A stretch of 47,140 bases of DNA, taken from an uncultured Prevotella sp. (lineage in GTDB: Bacteria; Bacteroidota; Bacteroidia; Bacteroidales; Bacteroidaceae). Under the pieces are notes generated by a model. The model was not told the DNA's origin and did not search any database. It worked only from the letters and a program-made list of their open reading frames with translations. The stretch's first letter is position 1. Each line of letters opens with the position of its first letter. This document shows positions 28,455-37,858 of this stretch, piece after piece. The position numbers and the translations under genes are program-made. The DNA is taken from assembly GCA_905235975.1 (NCBI GenBank), contig CAJONT010000086.1:1-47140 (forward strand), read 5' to 3'.

Positions 28455-29559
28455 AGATGTCGAGAAGTTGTTGTCTGATTTGGCCATCTTTGTACGCTTG
28501 GTCGTAGTATACTTCCTGGGCGGCTTTCATCGCACTGTTGTCTTGGCGCACCACTTTCTCAAGTTTCTCACTTAGAGAGTGTACGTCGCCATTTACGAAT
28601 ATCTCGGCAATGGGCGCCTCGCGCACTTGTCCGGCGAAGAAGGGAACGTCGGAAACGAGCGACGGTGTCTGAAAGTAGCACGACAACGACATCACACCTG
28701 ATTGTGTGGCTGATATGTAGGGATATACCACGCACGATGCGCGGCGGTATAGGTCGGAAATCTCACGGTCGTCGATGTAGCGGCTAATGTCGATGATGCG
28801 GTCGGCATAAGTCGGGTCGGGACTGTAATATCTGTCGCCCGTGCCCGCAATCACCAACTTGTAATGTGACAGCAGGTAGGCGTTGCTCGTGAAGGCATCG
28901 CAGAGCAGGTCGATACCCTTGTACTTCTCTATCCTGCCGAAGAACAAGATGTATTTGTCGACATCCTCTGTCTCTGGCACTTTCATCGTGCCGGCGGCCA
29001 CCTCTTTTGTCACCAGACTGGGGAAGGAATGGTAGTATATCTCCTTCGTAGGATAGCGCTGGGAAAGTGTCGCATACTGCTCATGGCTGTTGGTGACGAG
29101 ACAGGGCGCCTGACTGTACAGACGACCCAGCTTTTTGTAGATGATATACTGCCTCAGCATCTTGTGCCAGGCCTTCTTGGCCTCATGCGGCTCAAGGTCG
29201 TGCACCGTCTGCAGCAGACGCGCCTTGCTCCCCATCTCTCCTATCATTCGGTAGTGAAGGGCACCGCTGGCCAGCACATGCACCACATCGATTTGCTTTT
29301 CACGGCAAAATTTTCTGAAGGCCTTCTTGATATAGCACGGGGTGTCGATGAGCAGCAGCAGCTTGTTCAGCTTGGTACTGTTGTGCCTCACTATCTTGAT
29401 ATGGTCCTTGCGTGCCGGATCGATGTTTTTCTCATAGTAACCCGACTGGTCGTCGATGAAGAAACCATACACATTGTCATCGGTAAACTCGTTGAAAACC
29501 TTGCAGACATAAGGTCCCATGCCGGCATACGAGAAGGTGGCCATCAGCAGTATGTTCAT
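28438..29559 (-). CDS. Glycosyltransferase family 4
   Basis: LFFGRIEKYKGIDLL, PYISATQSGV, SDVP. Confidence 0.9.
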   Translation of the reverse strand: MNILLMATFSYAGMGPYVCKVFNEFTDDNVYGFFIDDQSGYYEKNIDPARKDHIKIVRHNSTKLNKLLLLIDTPCYIKKAFRKFCREKQIDVVHVLASGALHYRMIGEMGSKARLLQTVHDLEPHEAKKAWHKMLRQYIIYKKLGRLYSQAPCLVTNSHEQYATLSQRYPTKEIYYHSFPSLVTKEVAAGTMKVPETEDVDKYILFFGRIEKYKGIDLLCDAFTSNAYLLSHYKLVIAGTGDRYYSPDPTYADRIIDISRYIDDREISDLYRRASCVVYPYISATQSGVMSLSCYFQTPSLVSDVPFFAGQVREAPIAEIFVNGDVHSLSEKLEKVVRQDNSAMKAAQEVYYDQAYKDGQIRQQLLDIYGIKH

Positions 29560-30881
29560 GAGGTGATGGCGGTTTTTTGCCTTTGGCAGTTAATAATCGT
29601 CTTCAACGCCAATCCTATCAGCGGGAGCGAATATTTCCAGTTGATTGACATTCCCGAGGCCAGGGCCACAAATACCATCAGTCCCAGCAACGAGAGGCCC
29701 CAGGTGGCATAGATGGGATGCCCCCGCAGATGGCATATGAAATAGATGGCCATGATAAGCATGAAGGCAGAGATGAGTACGATTTGTACGGTGCCGTCTT
29801 CGATGAGTAGCAGGAAGAGGTAACTCTCGGCTCCGGCAAGACCTTCGTTGCCGATGAGTTTCTGGTCGGGCACGAGCACCTCGCTGTAATAGTCATAGCC
29901 GTTGCCCCATAACGGGCTCTTCCTGTGAAAGATAAGGGCAATGTCGAGCTGGTTCTTGCGTAACTCGATGTTACTGCCGGCCGTCTTTACCTCGCCCGTG
30001 CGGAACACGTCGACAATGGGCTCTATGCGTTCCCTGAGGAAGGGAGTCACCAATACGGCGACGGTGAGCATGAGGATGGCGGCAAAGGCCTTCATTCGCT
30101 GTACGCCGCTGAAGGTTACCAACCCGATGAAGACGGCGCAGAGCGCTAAGGCCAACAGCGACGACCGGCTGCCGGAAATGGCCGTGCCCACGAACAGCAG
30201 GGCGAGGGCAGCCAGCGGTAGCGGCCTGCGCAGCAGGTTCCTTCTGTAGAAAAGAAAGAGCGTGACAAAACAGGCGGCGCAGAAGAATCCGTAGGCGTGT
30301 GAGTTGAAGAGGAAGGAACAAGCACGTGTACGCCCTGCTCCTCTCAACGGGTTAAAATCGCTCGTTACGTTGAAGGTGCGCTCTATCAGCATCGTATAGG
30401 GGTCGGTGCCTGCCACTGCGGTCAGGATGCCGTAACCAGCAACCAGTATGCCGGCCCAGAGGAGGTATCTCCTCAGATGGTAGAGCGACACGTTATGGCG
30501 GAGTGAGAAATAACCCACTGCGAGCAGCAAAAAGGAGTCGAAGAAATGGGTGTGGGCTTTCAGCATGGCGCTGCCCAGGGCCAGACGATGGTCCATCACG
30601 GCCGTCATGAGATGGCCCAGATAAACCAACAACAGACTTACCCACAGGTACCAGGGGCACTTGCGGATAGCCTCTGCCGCCTCCTTGGGCCTGATGACCA
30701 CTGAGATGAAGAATGCCAGCGCAACCACCTCGTTGCTGGAGATGCGTGGACTGTTTAAGACCGCAATAGAGAACGGGAACAGGATGATGGCTGTCAGGTA
30801 AATGACGAACCGCTTTATTCCCGAATATCTTATTATGGCTACTGCGAACAGCAGAATTAAAAGAATGAATATGTATTTCAT
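29556..30881 (-). CDS. wzy: O-antigen ligase/Wzy polymerase family membrane protein
   Basis: About 11 TMs; RACS..NSH, SGSRSS, R.NQ, PLWGNG; sits in a Wzx/Wza/Wzc locus. Confidence 0.75.
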   Translation of the reverse strand: MKYIFILLILLFAVAIIRYSGIKRFVIYLTAIILFPFSIAVLNSPRISSNEVVALAFFISVVIRPKEAAEAIRKCPWYLWVSLLLVYLGHLMTAVMDHRLALGSAMLKAHTHFFDSFLLLAVGYFSLRHNVSLYHLRRYLLWAGILVAGYGILTAVAGTDPYTMLIERTFNVTSDFNPLRGAGRTRACSFLFNSHAYGFFCAACFVTLFLFYRRNLLRRPLPLAALALLFVGTAISGSRSSLLALALCAVFIGLVTFSGVQRMKAFAAILMLTVAVLVTPFLRERIEPIVDVFRTGEVKTAGSNIELRKNQLDIALIFHRKSPLWGNGYDYYSEVLVPDQKLIGNEGLAGAESYLFLLLIEDGTVQIVLISAFMLIMAIYFICHLRGHPIYATWGLSLLGLMVFVALASGMSINWKYSLPLIGLALKTIINCQRQKTAITS

Positions 30882-31891
30882 CTCATCATGCCTTTACCAC
30901 CTCCCTTGCACATCATTGTATACACGATGTGTGAGAGATATGGGGAGTTTATCTTGTATAATATGGCTGCCAGTCTCTGTATCTTTCCTTTGCACCACGA
31001 AAGGTCGAATGGAGCCTTGCCGCGACGACGTCCGTACACCGCCCTCAGCATGCGTAGGCGTTCCTTGCCCGGTATGGGCTGACGGTAGATGCTGTTGGCC
31101 ATGTAGAGGGTGAAGTAGGTGAACGAGCGGCCCGTCATGTCGTCGATTACCGATTGCGGCCAATTGAAGGTCTTGCCTACCGTGGCCATCGCATTGAGCA
31201 TGTCTTCATTCCAGTCCCAGATTATTTGGGGTGGATAGACCTTTCTCGACAGACTGTCTGGCTGGTTGTAGTAGTGGTAGCCTGTGCCACCTGACACTTC
31301 CATGCGGATGCAGTGTGCAAGGTAGAGGTATACGAACAACTTGTCCTCGCCGTAGCAATAGGAGGGGTTGAAGGTCAGACCGTGACGGTCGACAAGGGCC
31401 TTCTTGAACAGTTTGGCCCAAGGGGTGTTCAGAAAGTAATCCCTCTCCAATTCCACTATCGTGGCGGCAGCGTCGCGAAGCCACAGGACTTGGGAAGCCG
31501 AGGGCTGTCTGGAGGAAACAATCCCGTTTCTGTGCTCTGTATATCCCCCCACTACAAAGTCGGTGTCGGCTTCTTTCGGCAAGAGCCTGGCAAGGTATTC
31601 CTTGTCGGCTTCATCATCGCTGTCTACAAAAGCGATCCACTGTCCGCGGGCTTTCGCCAGTCCGGTGTTGCGGGCGCTGCTTACACCACCATTGTCCTGT
31701 CGGATGGTCACTATCCGCGGGTCTTTTTGTGCATAAGCCTTCAATACGTCGGGGGTGTCGTCGGTACTGCCGTCGTCCACCACGACTATTTCTATGTCTG
31801 TCAGGGTTTGGGCGAGCAGTGAGTCAAGACATGTCTGCAGCGATTGGCTCGCCTGGTAGGTGGGTACGATGACTGAAACGGTGGGGCGCAT
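30878..31891 (-). CDS. Glycosyltransferase family 2
   Basis: VSVIVPTY, VDDGSTD, GVSSARNTG, FVDSDD, PWAKLFK, GEDKLF. Confidence 0.93.
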   Translation of the reverse strand: MRPTVSVIVPTYQASQSLQTCLDSLLAQTLTDIEIVVVDDGSTDDTPDVLKAYAQKDPRIVTIRQDNGGVSSARNTGLAKARGQWIAFVDSDDEADKEYLARLLPKEADTDFVVGGYTEHRNGIVSSRQPSASQVLWLRDAAATIVELERDYFLNTPWAKLFKKALVDRHGLTFNPSYCYGEDKLFVYLYLAHCIRMEVSGGTGYHYYNQPDSLSRKVYPPQIIWDWNEDMLNAMATVGKTFNWPQSVIDDMTGRSFTYFTLYMANSIYRQPIPGKERLRMLRAVYGRRRGKAPFDLSWCKGKIQRLAAILYKINSPYLSHIVYTMMCKGGGKGMMR

Positions 31892-31897
31892 GCTGTG

Positions 31898-32482
31898 TCA
31901 GTGTTTCTCTTCTTCGTCCTGGCGTTCAATCATAAACTGTGAGGGCACAAAAGCCACGGCCACCGATACGATGCCCTCCAGTTCTACCACTACCTTCTTG
32001 TTCTTGTTTATTCTGAGTATCTTGCCCTCCACACCGGTGAACGGCCCGTCGATGATGCGTACTTTCTTGCCCACCTTGTTCAGGTAGTTGCTGGGCTGCA
32101 GGTAAAGCACACTCTCGTCTTGAACGGTTGCCACTTTCATAAAGTTCTCCATCTGTGCATCGGGCACCACCAGTATCTCTTTCCGGCCGTTCTCGCTGCG
32201 CAGTGTGCGTGTCATGTAGCGAAGGGGTTCTATTCGCGTGTATTCGTGCTTGAGACGTGTGATAACCTGTTTGCTGGCATGTATGAAAATCAGGTTGCGT
32301 ATGGCCGGTAACAGTTTGCGGCTACGAATGTCGTTGCGTACCACTGTCTGATACTGAAGCGGGAGGAAGTTCTCCACACCCAGTTCGTCAAGATAGGCTT
32401 TCATGCGCATCTCCCTGCCGTAGGTCACACGCATGGGATACCAAAATAAGGACTCTTGAGCGTTTTCAGTGGTTACGTTCAT
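31898..32482 (-). CDS. upxY: UpxY family (NusG-like) transcription antiterminator
   Basis: WYPMRVTYGRE, ENFLP, NLIFIH, VPDAQMENF, KOW motif GKKVRIIDGPFTGVEG; first gene of the polysaccharide operon. Confidence 0.92.
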   Translation of the reverse strand: MNVTTENAQESLFWYPMRVTYGREMRMKAYLDELGVENFLPLQYQTVVRNDIRSRKLLPAIRNLIFIHASKQVITRLKHEYTRIEPLRYMTRTLRSENGRKEILVVPDAQMENFMKVATVQDESVLYLQPSNYLNKVGKKVRIIDGPFTGVEGKILRINKNKKVVVELEGIVSVAVAFVPSQFMIERQDEEEKH

Positions 32483-32636
32483 ATACACAATTTGGGGTCA
32501 CCGCATGTATGAAGACGGTGTGCAGACAATTGAAATTCTTAAAGATATGCTCATGCTTTTGCGCTGATGTCCAGCAACATACGCGGAACATTTGCCCTCA
32601 CTCAGAGAGCAAGGGCTTTCCTGTTGTGCAAAGATA
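32483..32636 (-). promoter_or_regulatory. EPS-locus promoter and about 140-nt structured 5' leader
   Basis: Minus strand TATCTTTG (32636-32629); leader hairpin GCCCTTGCTC-TCT-GAGTGAGGGC; CACCG...CGGTG stem before upxY. Confidence 0.65.
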
Positions 32637-32685
32637 GGTAATTTCTTTTAATTTACGAATTATTTTTAAAAAAACTTCTCTTCTT

Positions 32686-33807
32686 CTATCTTCTACCCGC
32701 TGCCACACGCAGCACGCTCGGGGTGTAACGTTGCATCAGCCAGAATGCCGCCAGTAGGAGTCCGGTGATGAATGCTATGCTCAGCAGATAGGATACCGTA
32801 ATGGTAAAAACGTTTTGCGGTTGCATCAGGCCGAAGACGATTTTCATGCAGGGTGCCACAATTAGAAAGTGTGAGACATAGATGAAGAAACTGGCAGAAG
32901 AGAGGAATGTGCTCACCTTAAGCACTTTGTGGGTGAGAAGCAGAGCCGAGAAGTTGTAGGCGGCGCACAGACCGGTGAGCACGTAGAGGTCTTTTAAATG
33001 GTTGAACCATTCGGGCTGCCAGGATGCGCATATCCAGCAAAACACGCCCAGCAGAGGATAAACGATAAAAGAAGCCGTGCGCATGCGGCCAAACTCCTTG
33101 ATCATGTCTTTCTTGTAGATGCTCATGTATCCGCCCCATGAGAAGAAGAAGAAGGCGGTAATGAGCTGTGGGGCATGGGGGTCGGCAGCCTGCCAGCGCA
33201 AGAGCCATACGATGCCCAGCATCCACACCCAGAAGTGCCGCAGATGTCGCATCGCCCAGTAGAGCAAGGGGGTGAGCACTACCACTATCATCAGGTCTCT
33301 TACAAACCATAGCGGCAGGTCGATAGGATAGACGGGGGCAGTGACGGGACGCCCCTCCAGTTGCCCGTCGTACATCCAGAAGCATGAGAGCAGGTTGGCT
33401 GCGGTAGGATAGAAGCCTTCTCCGCCCCTGACGAGCGACTTGCCAGCCACGATGAGGATGGCTATCAGGTTCCAGATGAGGTAGGGAATAAGCAGCGACT
33501 TCACCCTGTTGCGCAGTTTGCGGGCATATTGAGCCGGTTTCATCTCCATCCCGAAGAAGAACACGTAGCCGGCAATAAAATAGTAGATGGGCACACTCTG
33601 GTTGTGGAGGAACACTTCGCAGATGTCCTTGAAAAAATTCGTTTGAAGGTTGAGCGAATGGCTGGACACGTGTTCGGTGAGGGACACGTGTACGGTGAGC
33701 ACCACGACGGCCAGCGGGAAACGCATCAAGTCCAGACTCTGGGAGTGGAGTCCTCTCTGTCCTTTTTGAGGAGGTGGCAATGGGATATGCTTGTCTGCTT
33801 CGTTCAT
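32686..33807 (-). CDS. Acyltransferase family 3 (membrane O-acyltransferase)
   Basis: LDLMRFPLAVVVLTVH, VPIYYFIAGY, RVKSLLIPYLIWN, PLWFVRDL, SFFIYVSH; about 10 TMs. Confidence 0.9.
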   Translation of the reverse strand: MNEADKHIPLPPPQKGQRGLHSQSLDLMRFPLAVVVLTVHVSLTEHVSSHSLNLQTNFFKDICEVFLHNQSVPIYYFIAGYVFFFGMEMKPAQYARKLRNRVKSLLIPYLIWNLIAILIVAGKSLVRGGEGFYPTAANLLSCFWMYDGQLEGRPVTAPVYPIDLPLWFVRDLMIVVVLTPLLYWAMRHLRHFWVWMLGIVWLLRWQAADPHAPQLITAFFFFSWGGYMSIYKKDMIKEFGRMRTASFIVYPLLGVFCWICASWQPEWFNHLKDLYVLTGLCAAYNFSALLLTHKVLKVSTFLSSASFFIYVSHFLIVAPCMKIVFGLMQPQNVFTITVSYLLSIAFITGLLLAAFWLMQRYTPSVLRVAAGRR

Positions 33808-33848
33808 GATGGTGCTTGGCCGCGCGGGTTGGCCGCGGGTGTTTGTGG

Positions 33849-34460
33849 TTATTCGTCGAATTGGAATGTAAGTTGGCGCAGGTCGCCCAGAAGATTGAAC
33901 GACTTACGGTGGTAGGGGGTGGCTCCCCACTCGCGTATGGCTTCGCGGTGTTGGCGTGTGGGGTATCCTTTGTTCTCGCTCCAGCCGTATCGGGGGTATT
34001 CTTGTGCGAGCGCGTTCATGTAGTCGTCTCTGAAAGTCTTGGCCAGGATGCTGGCGGCTGCTATCGACAAATATTTGCCGTCGCCTTTCACAATCGTGGT
34101 GTGGGGCAGCCCATGATAGGACTTGAAGCGGTTGCCGTCTACGATGACGGCTTCGGGGCGAACAGACAGTTGGTCGAGTGCCCGGTGCATGGCCAGGATG
34201 CTGGCGTTGAGGATGTTTATCTTGTCAATTTCCTCTGGAGTGACGATGCCCACTGCCCATGCCACGGCGTCGCGCATGATGATGTCGCGAAGGGCGTATC
34301 GTTTCTTCTCTGTCAGCTTTTTTGAGTCGTTCAGTTCCTCATTGGTGTAGTCGGGCGGCAGTATTACCGCGGCGGCATATACGCTCCCGGCCAGACAGCC
34401 GCGACCGGCCTCGTCGCAGCCAGCTTCCGTCTTGCAGTCGTAGTAGTGGCTCTTGAGCAT
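33849..34460 (-). CDS. rnhB: Ribonuclease HII
   Basis: [39 protein letters not shown]. Confidence 0.97.
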   Translation of the reverse strand: MLKSHYYDCKTEAGCDEAGRGCLAGSVYAAAVILPPDYTNEELNDSKKLTEKKRYALRDIIMRDAVAWAVGIVTPEEIDKINILNASILAMHRALDQLSVRPEAVIVDGNRFKSYHGLPHTTIVKGDGKYLSIAAASILAKTFRDDYMNALAQEYPRYGWSENKGYPTRQHREAIREWGATPYHRKSFNLLGDLRQLTFQFDE

Positions 34461-34464
34461 GGGG

Positions 34465-35679
34465 TCAGAACATTTTGCTTATCCGTTTGATGCCTTCCAC
34501 GAGGAGGTCGATTTCTTCGCGGGTGTTGTAGAGGGCGAACGAGGCTCTAACCGTTCCGGCGATGCCGAGGCGGTCCATCAGTGGCTGAGCGCAGTGGTGG
34601 CCGGTGCGTACGGCTATTCCTAAACGGTCGAGCAGGGTGCCCATGTCTAAGTGGTGGATGTCGCCTACGAGAAAACTCACCACGGCATCTTTGCGAGGGG
34701 CGGTGCCTATCAGCCTCATGCCGTCGATGCTTTGCATCTGATGCATGCAGTAGGCGGTGAGGTCGGCTTCGTGGGCCGCCACGCGGTCCATGCCGATGCG
34801 TGTGAGGTATTCGATGGCAGTGGCCAGGCCGTGGGTGGCCACATAGTCGGGGGTGCCGGCTTCGAATTTCAGGGGTGGCCGCTCAAAGACGGTCTTCTCG
34901 AAGCTAACGCTCTCTATCATCTCGCCGCCGCCTTGGTAGGGAGGGAGTTTGTCGAACCATTCTTCTTTGCCGTAGAGCACGCCGATGCCGGTGGGACCGT
35001 ACATCTTGTGGCCGCTGAGGGCGAAGAAGTCGCAGTCGATGTCGCGCACGTCCACCTTGAAATGTGGGGCGCTTTGGGCACCGTCTATGAGTACAGGCAC
35101 GTCATGGCTGTGAGCTATCTTCACGATCTCTTTCACGGGGTTCACGGTGCCGAGCACGTTGCTCACGTGTGCCACGCTCACTATGCGTGTGCGCTCGTTG
35201 AACAAGTTGCAATAGGCTTCCATGTCAAGTTCGCCGTTCTCGTGCATGGGTATCACCCTGATGCTTATACCCTTCTTGGCCGCCTGCAGTTGCCAGGGCA
35301 CGATATTGGAATGATGTTCCATCACCGATACTATCACCTCGTCGCCCTCACGCATGAAGGCATCGCTAAAGGAACTGGCTATCAGGTTAATCGACTCCGT
35401 GGTGCCGCGTGTGAAGACGATTTCCTCCGTCTTGCCGGCATTGATAAACTGCCGTACCTTCTCGCGGGCCTCCTCGTGCAGGTCGGTGGCTTGTTGCGAC
35501 AGGTAGTGCACGCCGCGGTGCACGTTGGCATTCACGTTGAGGTATTCCTCGCGCATGGCATCGAGCACACAGAGCGGTTTCTGTGTGGTGGCGGCATTGT
35601 CGAGATACACCAGCGGATGGTTGTACACCTCTCGCGAGAGGATGGGGAAGTCGGCGCGTATGGCAGATATATCGTACAT
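34465..35679 (-). CDS. sufS: Cysteine desulfurase SufS
   Basis: [30 protein letters not shown] (type II). Confidence 0.96.
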   Translation of the reverse strand: MYDISAIRADFPILSREVYNHPLVYLDNAATTQKPLCVLDAMREEYLNVNANVHRGVHYLSQQATDLHEEAREKVRQFINAGKTEEIVFTRGTTESINLIASSFSDAFMREGDEVIVSVMEHHSNIVPWQLQAAKKGISIRVIPMHENGELDMEAYCNLFNERTRIVSVAHVSNVLGTVNPVKEIVKIAHSHDVPVLIDGAQSAPHFKVDVRDIDCDFFALSGHKMYGPTGIGVLYGKEEWFDKLPPYQGGGEMIESVSFEKTVFERPPLKFEAGTPDYVATHGLATAIEYLTRIGMDRVAAHEADLTAYCMHQMQSIDGMRLIGTAPRKDAVVSFLVGDIHHLDMGTLLDRLGIAVRTGHHCAQPLMDRLGIAGTVRASFALYNTREEIDLLVEGIKRISKMF

Positions 35680-35704
35680 GGGAAGTCGGTGTTATGGGTT
35701 GTAC

Positions 35705-37051
35705 TTACTTGCAGAGCCGGCAGCCCTCGCACTTGCTGAGCTCGCCGCGGAACCGTTTATCCACGAGATAGTGAAGGCGGTCGCGCAGTTGTGTGAGGCG
35801 TATGCGCTCAATCACTTCATTGATGAAGGCCACCTCTAAGAGCAGGCGAGCCTCCTCCAAGCCGATGCCTCTCTGCCGCATATAGAAGAGGGCTGCTTCG
35901 TTCATCTGTCCCACCGTGCTGCCGTGCGAGCACTTCACGTCGTCGGCATAGATTTCCAGCATAGGCTGGGTGTACATGTGGGCTGTCGGTGTCACGCACA
36001 GGTTCTGGTTGGTCTCTTCAGAACTGGTCTGCTGCGCATTGGGCCTGACCAGCACCTTGCCGGCAAAGGCTCCCGTGGAATGGCCGTCGAGCACATATTT
36101 GTAGAGTTCCTTGCTGGTGCAGTGGGCGGCTTGATGGTCGATGAGGGTGTTGTGGTCCACTCGCTGCTGTTTGTCGGCCACCACGAAGCCGCAGACTTCG
36201 CACGAGGCGCCCTCGCCTTTCAGCGACAGGTCGGTGCGGGTGCGTGTGGTGCCGTTGTGGAGCGTGACGGTGAAATGGTTCACGTGGCTGTCGGCTTCCT
36301 GCTCAATGTAGGTGTTGCCCACTACCACGTTGCGTGCGTGCGTTTCTTCCATCTGGTAAAGGTCCAAGTGTGCGCCTTTGCCCACAAAAGCCTCTACTAC
36401 CTGCGTGGTGAGGAACTGACGGTCGTCGGCAGTGTGGTCGCAAAAGAGCAGGCAGGCTTCGGCATGGTCTTCCAGCACAATCAGCATACGCCGGTTGGCC
36501 ATCAGGTCAACGTCGGAGCGCATAATGTTGATTACTTGTATGGTGCGGTCCACTTTTGTGTGGGCCGGCACGTAGACGAACAGGCCGTCTTGTGCCAGCA
36601 TCGTGTTCAGCGCCGTAATGCCGTCGTCGTCGGTCATGGCAAGTCGGGCATAGCATTTCTCTATGAGTGCGGGATTCTTCTCCGCCTCCTTGCGCAGTGA
36701 GCCCACAATCACGCCCTCGGGCAGTATGCTCTTGGGTTGGTACTTTTCATGGAAACTGTCGTTCACCATGAAATAGAGCGATGTGCTCAGGTTGGGCACG
36801 TCGCACTTGAAGGCATCGTAGGGATTGACGGGTATGTCGAGACGGTTCAGGTTCAGCCCGTAGTCCTCTTTCGCGAAGAGTGCGTCGATGTCGGTATATT
36901 TGTAGCGCTCCACCTTGCGTGAGGGGAATCCTTTCTGCTTGAAATGGGCAAAGGCCTTCTCGCGCACAGCATTGAGTGCGGGTGCCGAGTGCGACGCAAT
37001 CATCTCACGGCACTCCTCGAAAAGTTGGATGTATTGCTTCTCGCTATTCAT
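35705..37051 (-). CDS. sufD: Fe-S cluster assembly protein SufD
   Basis: E.YKYT, PMLEIYADDVKCSHGSTVG, LFYMRQRGI. Confidence 0.95.
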   Translation of the reverse strand: MNSEKQYIQLFEECREMIASHSAPALNAVREKAFAHFKQKGFPSRKVERYKYTDIDALFAKEDYGLNLNRLDIPVNPYDAFKCDVPNLSTSLYFMVNDSFHEKYQPKSILPEGVIVGSLRKEAEKNPALIEKCYARLAMTDDDGITALNTMLAQDGLFVYVPAHTKVDRTIQVINIMRSDVDLMANRRMLIVLEDHAEACLLFCDHTADDRQFLTTQVVEAFVGKGAHLDLYQMEETHARNVVVGNTYIEQEADSHVNHFTVTLHNGTTRTRTDLSLKGEGASCEVCGFVVADKQQRVDHNTLIDHQAAHCTSKELYKYVLDGHSTGAFAGKVLVRPNAQQTSSEETNQNLCVTPTAHMYTQPMLEIYADDVKCSHGSTVGQMNEAALFYMRQRGIGLEEARLLLEVAFINEVIERIRLTQLRDRLHYLVDKRFRGELSKCEGCRLCK

Positions 37052-37796
37052 TTATCTCTGCCTTTATCCAGTCGTAACCCCGTTCCTGTATCTCTTTGGC
37101 CAGTTCGGGGCCGCCAGTCTTCACGATTCTGCCCTTGTACAGGATATGCACCACGTCGGGGCGTATCATTTCCAGCAGACGGTCGTAGTGTGTGATGACG
37201 ATGCACGACGACTGGGGGGTGCGCAGCTTGTTCACGCCCTCTGCTACGATACGCATCGCGTCGACGTCGAGGCCGGAGTCGGTCTCGTCGAGGATGGAGA
37301 GAGAGGGCTCGAGCATGGCCATCTGGAATATCTCGTTGCGTTTCTTCTCACCGCCGCTGAAACCTTCGTTCACAGAGCGGTTGGAGAGCTTGGCGTCAAG
37401 TTCCACTATCTTGCGCTTCTCGCGCATCATTTTCAGGAAGTCGGCCGCATTGAGCGGTTCCTTGCCCTCATATTTGCGTTTCTCGTTGATGGCAGCCCGC
37501 ATGAAGTTGTTCATCGACACGCCGGGTATCTCCACTGGATACTGGAAGGAGAGGAATATCCCTTCGTGCGCCCTGTCTTCAGGCTTCATGGCCAGCAGGT
37601 CGCGACCGTTGTAGGTGGCCTCTCCCTGGGTTACCTCATAGAGGGGGTTCCCCACCAGCACGGCACTCAGTGTGCTTTTGCCCGACCCGTTAGGCCCCAT
37701 GATGGCATGTGTCTCGCCGTCGCGTATGGTGAGGTTGATGCCTTTCAGTATTTCTTTGCCTGCTATTATTGCGTGCAGGTCTTTTACTTCCAACAT
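37044..37796 (-). CDS. sufC: Fe-S cluster assembly ATPase SufC
   Basis: GPNGSGKST, FQYPVEIPGV, GFSGGEKKRNE, LDETDSGLD. Confidence 0.97.
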   Translation of the reverse strand: MLEVKDLHAIIAGKEILKGINLTIRDGETHAIMGPNGSGKSTLSAVLVGNPLYEVTQGEATYNGRDLLAMKPEDRAHEGIFLSFQYPVEIPGVSMNNFMRAAINEKRKYEGKEPLNAADFLKMMREKRKIVELDAKLSNRSVNEGFSGGEKKRNEIFQMAMLEPSLSILDETDSGLDVDAMRIVAEGVNKLRTPQSSCIVITHYDRLLEMIRPDVVHILYKGRIVKTGGPELAKEIQERGYDWIKAEINE

Positions 37797-37858
37797 AGTT
37801 TTCTGTTTTTGCTCTTGCTTGGATGATTAGGTTGTAATGGCTGCCGTGGAGAAGGTTG

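Noticed and set aside
32560-32690. Invertible promoter for the EPS locus
   Set aside because: No inverted repeats flanking the -7/-33 region were found by eye, and no recombinase is nearby
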